Shown: positions 20,434 through 30,095, counted from the stretch's first letter. The stretch is 64,000 nt of DNA from Spirochaetia bacterium (GCA_965226055.1 CBDDCA010000006.1:64001-128000); one strand, 5' to 3'. Translations and numbers: made by a program. The notes: generated from the letters alone by a model not told the origin.

Positions 20434-20910
20434 CTACATACTATGATATCCTATATAAAGTATTGTATCTGCATCTTTTTTTCCTAAAAATAACATGTTA
20501 ATAGTATTATATGGTATTATTTTCATTTTTTTTTCATTTAAGGAATATGTAAGCTCTTTCTCATTATCACGCAAATCATTATGCAACTTACATAGTATCA
20601 TTCCTGCAATATTAGTATACAGAAGATCGTAATCTATTTCATTTTTAATCTGCTTTAGTCCATAATACGCTGTATCCATAAATACTGAAAAAGATGTAGA
20701 AGCAAACCCAATATATACCTGTAACTCAACAGCCCCATGCTTTATAGTATAGAGATACCAATATACCCCCTTACTATTACATAGTATATCAGAACATTTA
20801 CCGCCTGTTACATTACTATAGGAAAGACCAAATACTTTTTTTATAAGCAATTCACTCGCAGAACATATGCTTGATTCAATGTTTAGCATTAGAACATTAT
20901 ACAACAACAT
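20434..20910 (-). CDS. Hypothetical protein, possibly a divergent CheX-like fold
   Basis: 158-aa ORF downstream of flaA. Size and LLYTNIAG (cf. the CheX ExxN.I.G helix) are only weakly suggestive. Confidence 0.45.
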   Translation of the reverse strand: MLLYNVLMLNIESSICSASELLIKKVFGLSYSNVTGGKCSDILCNSKGVYWYLYTIKHGAVELQVYIGFASTSFSVFMDTAYYGLKQIKNEIDYDLLYTNIAGMILCKLHNDLRDNEKELTYSLNEKKMKIIPYNTINMLFLGKKDADTILYIGYHSM

Positions 20911-20911
20911 A

Positions 20912-20942
20912 AATAAAGCTGATACATGGTATCAGCTTTATT
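20912..20942 (-). terminator. Terminator after flaA
   Basis: aataaagctgatac-atg-gtatcagctttatt, perfect 14-bp inverted repeat. Confidence 0.75.
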
Positions 20943-20969
20943 CTTATCTAATATAAATGTAAATGGTCC

Positions 20970-21974
20970 TTAATTTCCATTATCGACACTACTTGTATCA
21001 CTATTAGTCAAGTTATTAAGCGAGTAGTCCCATGCTTTTCTTTTTTCAAGAAAATCAAAATAGAGTTGCATATCTAATGCTTTAATCTGTGTAGATCTTT
21101 TTTCGTAGGTATTCTCGTTAATGATATTCCATATTTCTTCATTTTCTATATCATTGTCTATAGACGTCTCTGCTTGATCTACGATAACATTAATATCTCT
21201 AACATAGGTTACAAAATCAGGATTTTTATGATACGATGAATGTACTACTTTTACAGACTTTAAGACCAAGTCTGAAGAGTATTGTGGATATATTGGTAAA
21301 TTAATCCTTGTTGATGTATCTTTTATAAGATAGTCGGGATTTTCCCATACTAACTCTCTCCATCCAATAAAATTAAGTGCTCCAAAAGGATATTCATAGG
21401 TATTTCCATCAGAATCCTCTGTTACCACAAATATGTGCTCTTCTTGGCGTAAGCCATACACAGTTATAGTTGCTTTATATATATCTCCGACATTATCTAA
21501 ATACCCTATCCCTTTATATGGACCAAATGGATCAAATTCACGCTGACTTATTGTATTAAAAGGGGAATACGGAGGCTGAATTTCTATAGCCATCTCATAA
21601 TTGTAATCAGGAAAATAGGTACGCACCCCTAATACTTGCTCTCCTTGATATACCCCACCAGTTACATTTGCTGCTTTCACTTGACTTTTTTCAAGTACTT
21701 GTGGATACTGTAATGAGCTTTGTACCGATACTTTCCAATTTGAAATATTGTAACTTTGCTTGAGCTGGTCCGCTTCAGCACCTTCTAGCTGTATTCCAAG
21801 ACTGGCTCCATAATCATAAAATAAATCACGAGACGCAATTTCAGTAAAATCTATTAAGACTCGTTTTAAGCCTTCTTCATCTCCAGAAAGGCGAGGAAAC
21901 GAAGTTTCTACTTGAGCAAACGCTATTAATGGGTACAATATCAACAATAATACCAAAAAAGTTTTTCTAAACAT
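20970..21974 (-). CDS. flaA: Flagellar filament outer-layer (sheath) protein FlaA
   Basis: Signal peptide; VLIDF, VLGVR.YFP, G.GYLDNVG.I, G.LNF.GWREL.WENP.Y, DFVTYVRDI, DI..E.IW.I: spirochete FlaA pattern. Confidence 0.88.
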   Translation of the reverse strand: MFRKTFLVLLLILYPLIAFAQVETSFPRLSGDEEGLKRVLIDFTEIASRDLFYDYGASLGIQLEGAEADQLKQSYNISNWKVSVQSSLQYPQVLEKSQVKAANVTGGVYQGEQVLGVRTYFPDYNYEMAIEIQPPYSPFNTISQREFDPFGPYKGIGYLDNVGDIYKATITVYGLRQEEHIFVVTEDSDGNTYEYPFGALNFIGWRELVWENPDYLIKDTSTRINLPIYPQYSSDLVLKSVKVVHSSYHKNPDFVTYVRDINVIVDQAETSIDNDIENEEIWNIINENTYEKRSTQIKALDMQLYFDFLEKRKAWDYSLNNLTNSDTSSVDNGN

Positions 21975-22045
21975 AATTACATCCTCCTAACATGGAACAA
22001 TCCATATCTTACTATTTTTAGTTATTAGTTTACCTTATAGTATAA

Positions 22046-22074
22046 ATAATAATATTAAGTACCTTTTTTGTCAA
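22046..22074 (-). promoter_or_regulatory. Sigma70-type promoter of flaA, overlapping the rarA stop
   Basis: TTGACA-17 nt-TATTAT on the minus strand; aggagg RBS before the flaA ATG. Confidence 0.65.
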
Positions 22075-23371
22075 GTGTAGACTTTTCTTTTTTTTCTTTT
22101 CGCAATTTTTCAAAATAATGCACTCTCTTACGAAGTTCACGTTCAAACCCTCTCTCAGCTGGATAAAAAAACTTTTTATCATCAATGGAGTCTGGAAAAT
22201 AATTTTGTCCTGAAAACATATCCTCTGTATCGTGATCATATACATAGCCTTTTGAGTATCCCCATTCCTTCATTTTAGCAGTAGGAGCATTTAAGATATG
22301 AAGAGGAGGCATTTGATGGCTATGCGTTTTAGCGTACTGTTGTGCCTGATTGTGAGCTACATAGCTCTTATTTGACTTAGGAGCAAGCGCAAGGTAGAGT
22401 ACCGCTTCAGAAAGACAGAGCTCTCCTTCTGGAGAGCCTAAACGCTCATAACTTTCCCATGCCTGCAACGCTACCGTAGTAGCTTGAGGATCACTTAGCC
22501 CTATATCTTCGTATGCTATCCGTAATAATCTACGAGCAATATATCGTGGATCTTCTCCTCCTGCAAGCATACGTGATAACCAATACAAAGCTGCATCACA
22601 ATGAGAACCTCGAATTGACTTATGTAAAGCACTTATGAGATTATAATGCTCATCACCTGTTTTACTATGATTTATTTGTTTACTGCTTACTATACGCTGT
22701 AACAGAGCAACAGAGATAGGGCTAGAATCTGCAAAGGAAATACATTGTTCAATACAATTTAATAAACGACGTGCATCGCCCTGTGCATACAACAGTATGT
22801 ATTCTTTCGCATCTTCATGAAAATGCAACGAAACATGGTAGTCATGAGAAATAAATGCTATGGCTTTTTCCAGAATGAGTGTAAGTGCTGTAGTATCTAA
22901 TGGCTGTAGTATAAACACTTGTAGTCGCGATAATAATGCATTATTTATCTCAAAGCTAGGGTTTTCAGTAGTTGCTGCAATAAGACATATATGCCCTAAC
23001 TCAACCTCCTGTAACAGAGCATCTTGTTGTGACTTAGAAAATCTATGTATTTCATCTATAAACAGACAAAACTGCTTGCCTTGTTCTCGTTGCTTTTTTG
23101 CATCAGAAAATATATTACGCAGATCAGCAACTCCCGTAAACACTGCAGAACGCGAAACAAACATTGCATTCACTGACTGAGCTAGTAGCTGTGCTATTGT
23201 AGTTTTTCCTGAACCAGGAGCTCCCCACAACAACAATGACGGAAGATATTGCTTTTGTAAATAGCTGCGTATTATTCCATCATCTCCTAAAAGGTGCGAT
23301 TGCCCTACTACATCATCTAATGTGGTAGGACGCATCTTCTCTGCTAAAGGCATATATGTATTGTTACTCAT
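22055..23371 (-). CDS. rarA: Replication-associated recombination protein A (RarA/MgsA)
   Basis: PLAEKMRP, GAPGSGKTT, FIDEIHRF, ATTENPSF, ISALHKSIRGS, EDIGLSDP. Confidence 0.95.
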   Translation of the reverse strand: MSNNTYMPLAEKMRPTTLDDVVGQSHLLGDDGIIRSYLQKQYLPSLLLWGAPGSGKTTIAQLLAQSVNAMFVSRSAVFTGVADLRNIFSDAKKQREQGKQFCLFIDEIHRFSKSQQDALLQEVELGHICLIAATTENPSFEINNALLSRLQVFILQPLDTTALTLILEKAIAFISHDYHVSLHFHEDAKEYILLYAQGDARRLLNCIEQCISFADSSPISVALLQRIVSSKQINHSKTGDEHYNLISALHKSIRGSHCDAALYWLSRMLAGGEDPRYIARRLLRIAYEDIGLSDPQATTVALQAWESYERLGSPEGELCLSEAVLYLALAPKSNKSYVAHNQAQQYAKTHSHQMPPLHILNAPTAKMKEWGYSKGYVYDHDTEDMFSGQNYFPDSIDDKKFFYPAERGFERELRKRVHYFEKLRKEKKEKSTLDKKGT

Positions 23372-23447
23372 ACCATTACCCGTTATTATTGTTCATTGTA
23401 ACAAAACAAAAGTATATGCTCTATACTACGATGTACCCATAGCACTA

Positions 23448-23873
23448 CTAATTTACTTCTTGTTGAATAAATCTATCTAAAAGATTTTTTATCTCTTCTT
23501 TATTATTTGGCATATATTGTCTCTCAAAGGTAGAAAATACTTCAGATTCAATCATAGAGATATGGGGGATAATATATCTTCCTTTTACAGTTAATTTTAC
23601 ATAATTACAGCGATGATCTATTTCGTTCTTTTCAAAATGAATATATCCTATCTGCTCTAGCTTTTTTAGTAGTTGATGAATACTCACTTTATCAGTGATA
23701 AGTTTTTTTGCTAACTCATTTTGTGTAGGAAAAATTCCTTGTTTTTCAAATTCATCAAGAAGCTGAAGAATACTTGCCTGTGTACAGTTTACTCCTAAAG
23801 CATGAAGAGAATACAAATACAGTCGCTCAAGTATCTTAGAAGATTTACTCATGAGCCAAAAAATAGATTTCAT
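23448..23873 (-). CDS. MarR family transcriptional regulator
   Basis: TQNELAK...DK..I..LLKKLEQ.GYI, D.R...V.LT.KG winged helix. Confidence 0.85.
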   Translation of the reverse strand: MKSIFWLMSKSSKILERLYLYSLHALGVNCTQASILQLLDEFEKQGIFPTQNELAKKLITDKVSIHQLLKKLEQIGYIHFEKNEIDHRCNYVKLTVKGRYIIPHISMIESEVFSTFERQYMPNNKEEIKNLLDRFIQQEVN

Positions 23874-23934
23874 ATGTCTTATTGTATAGTATACACAAAA
23901 AACAAATAAATTACATGTGTATTTTATTGGAAAT

Positions 23935-25015
23935 CACGAGTTCAAGGATTAAATGCGACAAAGGAGCAAAAAAAGTAAGAAAAAATAAAAAAAGGAGACA
24001 CTCTATAATTGTATAAACGAAACAAATTAGGAGGTCTCCTTTATGAGTATACCAAAAAACTCATTTCGTCATCTGACAGACAAAGATCGTACTATTATCG
24101 CTACGCTCCGTCATGCAAAGTACAGTATCAATGCTATAGCCAAACGCCTCAGTGTCCATCGCAGCACTGTCTATCGTGAAATACAACGCAATGGAGGCAA
24201 ACATGTCTATAATGAAGTCATTGCTCACAGACAGGCAAGAAAACGATGGGATAAGAGCCATAAAAAACTCTCTATTCCTTCTCATACTATTCGTACCTAT
24301 ATCGTTTTTCACCTTATATTCGATGGCTGGTCGCCTGAACAAATAGCAGGAAGGCTCAGTATTGATATGCCTCAGTATACTATCAGTCATGAGACAATAT
24401 ATCACTTTATTTATCGTTTTGCTCCTCATTTGACACAGTATCTGCGAAAACAGCACCAAACACGCAAAAAAAGAAGAGTATCTCGTTCTTTTTCTGTTTC
24501 TCGTATCCCTCATCGTGTCTCAGTACACGAACGAGGCGATGTTTCTAATGAATATGGCCACTGGGAAGTAGATCTTGTTGGCTCTTCTTCAAAAGCTACT
24601 GTGCTTGCTTTAGTGGAAAAACATACCCGTTATGTTCTTTTTCATAAGATACCTGACAAAACTGCTCATACCGTACAGTATGGCATGCTCTTTGCTCTAA
24701 GGAACATACCACGCCATTTATGTAACAGTTTCACTTATGATAATGGGAGTGAATTTATGCTCCATACTGAAATAAATACACGCCTGAATGCTCGTTCTTA
24801 TTTTTGTACTCCTTACTGTGCTTGGGAAAAAGGATTAGTCGAACATTCTATTGGATTATTACGTCAGTACTTTCCTAAGAAGACTTTGTTTCATAGAGTC
24901 AAGCAAAGTGATATACTACAAGTACAAACGCTTATCAATCATAGACCACGAAAATGTCTTCATTTTTTGACCCCTGCTGAAGCCTTTTCTGTCGCATTTA
25001 GTCCTTGAATCCGCA
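23935..25015 (+). mobile_element. IS30-family insertion sequence, 1081 bp, apparently intact
   Basis: 26-bp imperfect IRs (cacgagttcaaggattaaatgcgaca 23935-23960; tgtcgcatttagtccttgaatccgca 24990-25015) flanked by a 3-bp aat duplication. The transposase stop lies inside the right IR. Confidence 0.93.
24043..25008 (+). CDS. IS30-family transposase
   Basis: HTH (HRSTVYREIQRN), WSPEQIAGRL, SHETIY; DDE triad in GHWEVD, DNGSEF, WEKGLVE; N.RPRKCL. Confidence 0.96.
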   Translation: MSIPKNSFRHLTDKDRTIIATLRHAKYSINAIAKRLSVHRSTVYREIQRNGGKHVYNEVIAHRQARKRWDKSHKKLSIPSHTIRTYIVFHLIFDGWSPEQIAGRLSIDMPQYTISHETIYHFIYRFAPHLTQYLRKQHQTRKKRRVSRSFSVSRIPHRVSVHERGDVSNEYGHWEVDLVGSSSKATVLALVEKHTRYVLFHKIPDKTAHTVQYGMLFALRNIPRHLCNSFTYDNGSEFMLHTEINTRLNARSYFCTPYCAWEKGLVEHSIGLLRQYFPKKTLFHRVKQSDILQVQTLINHRPRKCLHFLTPAEAFSVAFSP

Positions 25016-25039
25016 AATTATATATAATTTGATATTAAA

Positions 25040-25681
25040 TCAAATATCACTTGATCTTATCTTGTTCAATTTATCAAAATTATTAAAAAAATCATCATTA
25101 AAACATTGATATTTATCTTTCTCTGTGCCTTTCCCTTGATTTAGCACTACTCCATCATTGTTTATTCTAAGAGTCAATTTTTGATTATCTGTAATTTGAT
25201 ATGATGGTAATTCTATATTATCAAATTTATTCAATTCTGATATATGAAATATATAATAGTATGGTATTTTTACCCCCTTTTCATTTTCTGATACTGCAAT
25301 CCATACATAAAAAGTTCTATCATCCACATGATATTTTAAATTAGCATGAAAACTATAATTTCTAAAATTTTTGACTTTCTTAGCCATACCTTCAGATGTT
25401 TTTACTTGAAGAAATCTTTCAATAATTTTTAAATTTTTTCCCCTGCACTTATCACATAAATCTGTAATTGCTTTTCTTGTTTTACCCTCATACGGTTTTC
25501 TTCTTATGTATAAATTACTAAAATCTTCACATTTAGTACAATAGTATCTAGCTACTACAAAATCAATTTGTTCATCAATATAAGCACTATAGACCTGCCA
25601 TCCTCTTTGGTGCAATTCTATAGCAAAACTCATTTCTCCATATAAGCCAATAATTCTTTTTTTGTCTTTTTGTTCTGGCAT
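25040..25681 (-). CDS. Putative type II restriction endonuclease (PD-(D/E)xK fold with zinc ribbon)
   Basis: E..F...L...GWQVY....D..ID...Q(V)K layout with an inserted CxxC...CxxC; overlaps the MTase 3' end. Confidence 0.7.
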   Translation of the reverse strand: MPEQKDKKRIIGLYGEMSFAIELHQRGWQVYSAYIDEQIDFVVARYYCTKCEDFSNLYIRRKPYEGKTRKAITDLCDKCRGKNLKIIERFLQVKTSEGMAKKVKNFRNYSFHANLKYHVDDRTFYVWIAVSENEKGVKIPYYYIFHISELNKFDNIELPSYQITDNQKLTLRINNDGVVLNQGKGTEKDKYQCFNDDFFNNFDKLNKIRSSDI

Positions 25682-26892
25682 AAATATTCCTCTAGGTTAG
25701 ATATACCAATATGCTTATCTATATTGTTCTTTATAGAAGATTCAAACATACCTCTATTTAGTTCTATTCCTATACCTATTCTAGCCATTTTTTGTGCTTG
25801 TATCAAGCTAGTACAACTTCCAGCAAAAGGATCTAACACTTTATCTCCTATTCCAGTAAACATTTTTATAGCAAATTCTGGTATTTCAAAAGGAAATGGT
25901 GCTGTGTGTCCCAATACATTATCTCCTTTATTATTTATTTTAATTACTGGGTTAATTCTTACTATATCTCTTCTCCATTTTTTAACAAATTCTTTATCTA
26001 TATAATTCTCTTTCATTTTTAAGTCATTCATCATTACACTTCTTGCAGAAAACCTTTTTCCTCTATTTGCCTTACTCCTCTCAAAACAATCCAGATTTTT
26101 ACACTCCCAAGACTTTATTCCTACGCCTGCATACGCATTTCCATTTACTTTTAAGCACCCACACACAGGACATGGGTATCTTGTTTCATCTTGCTCATGC
26201 TTATAAAAAATCATTATATGTTCATAACAATTTAGAGGATATTGGTAAAAAGGATAGGGAGTATCTCCATTTTTATGTCTTTGAGACTCTACTTCTCCTT
26301 TGTCCCATATAAAATCATCTATAAACCTAAATCCACATTCTTCAAATATAGCTATAAAATATGCTCCTAGTGGTATTCTTCTTGCTCCCCATACTGATTT
26401 TGTATGCATATTATCATTGCCAGTTATATCTCCTACGTTAAATACCCACGCTTTATGATTATCTAACACTCTGTAGCTTTCTTTGATAATCTTTTTCATA
26501 TCTTGCAAATATTCTTCTAAGTTTTTCCATTGTGAGTAGTCTCTAGCATTATAATATGGCGGAGATGTTACCATTAAATCTATACTTTCTGAATCCATTT
26601 GTTTTAATACGCTCAAACAATCTCCCCATATCAGCTTTGCTTTTCGTCTATTTTTTGAAATAAGTTTATTTAATTCTTTATTTGAATTTTTATATTTTGC
26701 TTGTCTTATTTCTTTTTGAAATTGATAATATATATCACAAAACCCTTCTACTATTTCTTGTATTCCTTTATTCTTTAATTTCTCAATCTTTTTTAATAAT
26801 AATGTATATTCTTTTCTATTGAGAGATTTCATTAAATAGTCATTACTTTTTTCTAATATTGTATCTAAATAACTCATTTCTTTACTTCTCAT
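25630..26892 (-). CDS. Beta-class amino DNA methyltransferase (probably m4C) with Cys-rich insertion
   Basis: GDCL, motif IV TSPPYY before motif I VLDPFAGS, HTAPFP, and a CPVCGC...WEC..LDC insertion. Confidence 0.9.
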   Translation of the reverse strand: MRSKEMSYLDTILEKSNDYLMKSLNRKEYTLLLKKIEKLKNKGIQEIVEGFCDIYYQFQKEIRQAKYKNSNKELNKLISKNRRKAKLIWGDCLSVLKQMDSESIDLMVTSPPYYNARDYSQWKNLEEYLQDMKKIIKESYRVLDNHKAWVFNVGDITGNDNMHTKSVWGARRIPLGAYFIAIFEECGFRFIDDFIWDKGEVESQRHKNGDTPYPFYQYPLNCYEHIMIFYKHEQDETRYPCPVCGCLKVNGNAYAGVGIKSWECKNLDCFERSKANRGKRFSARSVMMNDLKMKENYIDKEFVKKWRRDIVRINPVIKINNKGDNVLGHTAPFPFEIPEFAIKMFTGIGDKVLDPFAGSCTSLIQAQKMARIGIGIELNRGMFESSIKNNIDKHIGISNLEEYLCQNKKTKKELLAYMEK

Positions 26893-27160
26893 TCTCTAAA
26901 GCATCTATTATTTCTCGGTAAGCTATTATTTTTTTATTTGATGCTTCTATAAGCTCTCTAATTTTCTTCAATGGCTCTGATACCTCATTGAGTTTTTCGT
27001 ACAATTCAGTTAATCTTTTTTGTTCATACGCCATATCTTTATATGTTTGCTGTAATCTATCAAATTTTGCTTCTTTTTGTATAAGAACAGATTCTACAAG
27101 TTTATCAAAATTTATATTTTCAGGTACATTTTTTAAAGGTTCTACTATCTTATCAGCCAT
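26882..27160 (-). CDS. Small coiled-coil hypothetical protein
   Basis: 92-aa ORF with agagg RBS between the transposase remnant and the MTase; heptad-like charged C-terminus. Confidence 0.55.
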   Translation of the reverse strand: MADKIVEPLKNVPENINFDKLVESVLIQKEAKFDRLQQTYKDMAYEQKRLTELYEKLNEVSEPLKKIRELIEASNKKIIAYREIIDALENEK

Positions 27161-27231
27161 TATATTGCCTCTTTAATATAAAATATATTCTTATCTCCCA
27201 ATTCTATTATTTATTATACTATTCATAAAAA

Positions 27232-27723
27232 CTATATTTCTATTACTACAGTATTACCTTCTGTTCCTCTATATCCTTTCTTTTTACAACTATAACTTAA
27301 AGATCCCGTCTATTCTACACTGCCATTTATAGCATTTTTTTCTTCAAAGCATTCTCTTACTTTCTTTGCTATACACCACGCTGTTTTTTGTGTTGTCCCT
27401 ACCTCTTGGGATAATCTCAATAATGATATACCTTTTTTATTATGCAACATAACATACATTACATAGAGCCATTGTTGTACAGAAACATTACTTTTTTGCA
27501 TAAATGTACCTGTTTTTACCGAAAATCTAACTTTACAATTATGGCATTTATAAGGTCTTTTTATATCTTTTCCGATATATACATTATTTGATTTACAATG
27601 TGGACAATAAGGCTTACTATTTCCCCATCGTATCTTTGCTATATAATTACATGCTTCTTTTTCATTAGATGCGAATTCAGTATAAAATACCTTTATACTT
27701 TTTATCTCCTCTAACTCTCTCAT
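27232..27723 (-). pseudogene. IS1595-family transposase remnant
   Basis: RW...P.CPHC.S...YKC..C..RFSVKTGT zinc ribbon, then KGIS..RLSQEVG.TQKTAW HTH. Stops at GSVE just before the catalytic D. An out-of-frame KKKGYRGTEGNTVV (GRG motif) follows at 27285-27232; the rest of the DDE domain is missing. Confidence 0.88.
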
Positions 27724-27842
27724 GCTTATATAATAACATTATACGACACTTAATGTCAATAACAAACATACTCCTTAGTGTCAAATAATATATATCTGCA
27801 GTTAGGAAAAATTCATTAACAATGGAATAATAGCTATATTCT

Positions 27843-28430
27843 TCATGATTGATATGGAAACTGATGAGTGCTTAAAGACAATAATGTTTCTTTCCATACT
27901 TTTTGTGCAACTGAGACATCATCTAGCACAGTGGTAATAAGTGCAACTGCAAACTGAAATGCAGTACCTATCCCCCGACTTGTTATGATATTCCCATCTT
28001 TTACTACTGCTTGTTCTAAAAACACTGCGGTAGTATCCTGAACATCTTTTTCTCCTCCAGGATAACAAGTATAGCTTTTATTTTTTAGTAGGCCATATTT
28101 TCCCAGCACCCATGCTGGTGCAATACAAATAGCTGCAATAATACCATTATTTTGATTGTGTTTCTCTAATAGCAGAGATAATTGCTTGCTTTCACTAAGA
28201 TGCTTCGCTCCTTTGGCTCCTCCAGGCAGAAACAATATATCTTCATTATCAGGGTGTATAGATTCTATGTGAGAATCGCATAGAAATGTTCCTCCACTGT
28301 TTCCTTGCACTTTTTCTGCATATACAGCAACTCTTTTTACTTGTATCCCTGCTCTCATACAGAGATCCATAGGAATAGTTGCCTCTATTTCTTCAAAGCC
28401 ATCGGCTAAAAATGTATATACTGTTTTCAT
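27843..28430 (-). CDS. DJ-1/PfpI (ThiJ/YajL) family protein
   Basis: LADGFEEIEA, LPGG..G, AAICIAP, TCYPG, ITSRGIGTA. Confidence 0.92.
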   Translation of the reverse strand: MKTVYTFLADGFEEIEATIPMDLCMRAGIQVKRVAVYAEKVQGNSGGTFLCDSHIESIHPDNEDILFLPGGAKGAKHLSESKQLSLLLEKHNQNNGIIAAICIAPAWVLGKYGLLKNKSYTCYPGGEKDVQDTTAVFLEQAVVKDGNIITSRGIGTAFQFAVALITTVLDDVSVAQKVWKETLLSLSTHQFPYQS

Positions 28431-28438
28431 ATATCCTC

Positions 28439-28966
28439 CTATATAGCAATAGTATCTACAAATATAGTAATAGTATCTATATCATAATAATTGTTAATAT
28501 TAAAAAGTAACCATTCTTTAATCATGTTTATTCTCTCATTATTTGCAATATTTTTACTTTCCTGTGCTACTGTATCTTCAAAAGCAAGAAAAATAAACGC
28601 TAGATTACGAGTGTCATGAGAAGAGTATATTACTCGCTGTAAGCGTACATAATTGTGTACAAGGCTGTCATTGTAAATTGATTGTGGACCTAAAAATAAT
28701 TCTTTTATAAATACCTCTAGGCTTGAGTTATTCACACTCTTTTTTGCATTAAGAGGGCTTACAAGAGGAATTCTATGTAATTCAGGAGAAAAGCCACTGT
28801 CCACTGTAGCTGGTGGAAAATACAATACTTTTTTTTCTAATCTATTGTCACTATTAAAATAAAGCTGTACATCTACAATGTACACAAAAATAATTGCAAT
28901 AAACACTAAAGAGGTATATACTTTTTTATTCTTACTTAATATCTGAAACATCGAATAACTCCACAT
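28439..28966 (-). CDS. Membrane-anchored hypothetical protein (GerMN-like)
   Basis: N-terminal TM helix, LYFP, ELFLGP; overlaps the amidase gene. Confidence 0.55.
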   Translation of the reverse strand: MWSYSMFQILSKNKKVYTSLVFIAIIFVYIVDVQLYFNSDNRLEKKVLYFPPATVDSGFSPELHRIPLVSPLNAKKSVNNSSLEVFIKELFLGPQSIYNDSLVHNYVRLQRVIYSSHDTRNLAFIFLAFEDTVAQESKNIANNERINMIKEWLLFNINNYYDIDTITIFVDTIAI

Positions 28967-30095
28967 ACTTTTTTATGCCCTTTGCAATTCCTTTTGCTAA
29001 GACATCTTGATATTCTTTTAAGGTGAGTGTATATCCCTCCTGAGGATTAGTAACAAACCCTAATTCAATAAGTATAGCAGGCATCTTAGTATTTCTCACT
29101 ACATACCATTCATTTTCTTTTAAGCCCCTATTCTTAAAATTATACCCTATACTCTCTTCTAATGATTGTAGTACTACTTTAGCAAGTTCAAAACTTTCTA
29201 AAGAAATTTCACTGTTTCGTAATGTATTGATTATTGAATACAATGCTACATTGTCAACATCATCATCTTGTAATAAATCATCTCTATAAAACTCAGACGG
29301 CAGATACCATATTTCGTACCCATTTGCACTTGAACTAGGAGCTGCATTTGCATGCACAGAAATAAACAAGATTAACTCACCATTGTCAAGCTCATTTAAG
29401 TATCTATTTGCAAGTAAAGTTCTCTGTTCAAGTGACAGATATGTATCATCATCTCTTGTGAGAATAATAGGGAGGTTAGGAAAAAAATTTTGTACATATT
29501 TTTTAATTAAGAACGATACATTCAAGACTACATCTTTTTCGTATATAGTGTGTTTTTTATTCTTATAGGTAATGTTTCCTACTCCTCCAGGATCCTTCCC
29601 TCCGTGCCCTGCGTCTATTATAATTCTGCTCACTTTACTTTGAGCAAAACTTTGCCTCTGCAAATCTGTTACTGTAGCATTCTCTCTATCGGTAGTGCTT
29701 GTTACTGTATCTTTGTTATTTGTATTGGAGTTATTGCTACTGTTATCTCCAATGTTTGTTTCTGTGCGTTCTATTTGAAACAATGTTTCCAAAAGAGTGA
29801 GGGTATTATTTGATATTGTAACGATAGAGTTTTGTAACAGTGGAGGATCAATCTTAAACTGTTTTTGAAAATTAAGTACAAGCACAGGAGTATCAACACT
29901 AAATATAACAATGCTGTCCCCTTTTGATAGCATTCCTGTTTTGCTTAGTAGATCCCAATAAAAATTGATTTTGTTTTTATTTGCAAAGGCTGATATTGAT
30001 GCCTGATTTTGTGCAAATATGTTTGTATTAGTATTGAACAATGAGAAAAAAACAATACATAGTACTATAAATAGCTGATGATTTCTTGAGGACAT
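28932..30095 (-). CDS. N-acetylmuramoyl-L-alanine amidase (Amidase_3)
   Basis: IDAGHGGKDPG, EK, LTR..D..LSL..R, FISVHANA, PAILIELGF. Confidence 0.93.
   Translation of the reverse strand: MSSRNHQLFIVLCIVFFSLFNTNTNIFAQNQASISAFANKNKINFYWDLLSKTGMLSKGDSIVIFSVDTPVLVLNFQKQFKIDPPLLQNSIVTISNNTLTLLETLFQIERTETNIGDNSSNNSNTNNKDTVTSTTDRENATVTDLQRQSFAQSKVSRIIIDAGHGGKDPGGVGNITYKNKKHTIYEKDVVLNVSFLIKKYVQNFFPNLPIILTRDDDTYLSLEQRTLLANRYLNELDNGELILFISVHANAAPSSSANGYEIWYLPSEFYRDDLLQDDDVDNVALYSIINTLRNSEISLESFELAKVVLQSLEESIGYNFKNRGLKENEWYVVRNTKMPAILIELGFVTNPQEGYTLTLKEYQDVLAKGIAKGIKKYVELFDVSDIK

Larger units (their letters stand above)
25019..27794 (-). mobile_element. Putative decayed IS1595-family transporter element carrying a restriction-modification pair
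   Basis: Imperfect 20-bp IRs (tatatataatttgatattaa 25019-25038 vs reverse complement of 27775-27794, 17/20) bracket the transposase remnant, a 92-aa ORF, the MTase and the nuclease. The nuclease stop is 1 bp inside the left IR. Confidence 0.55.
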
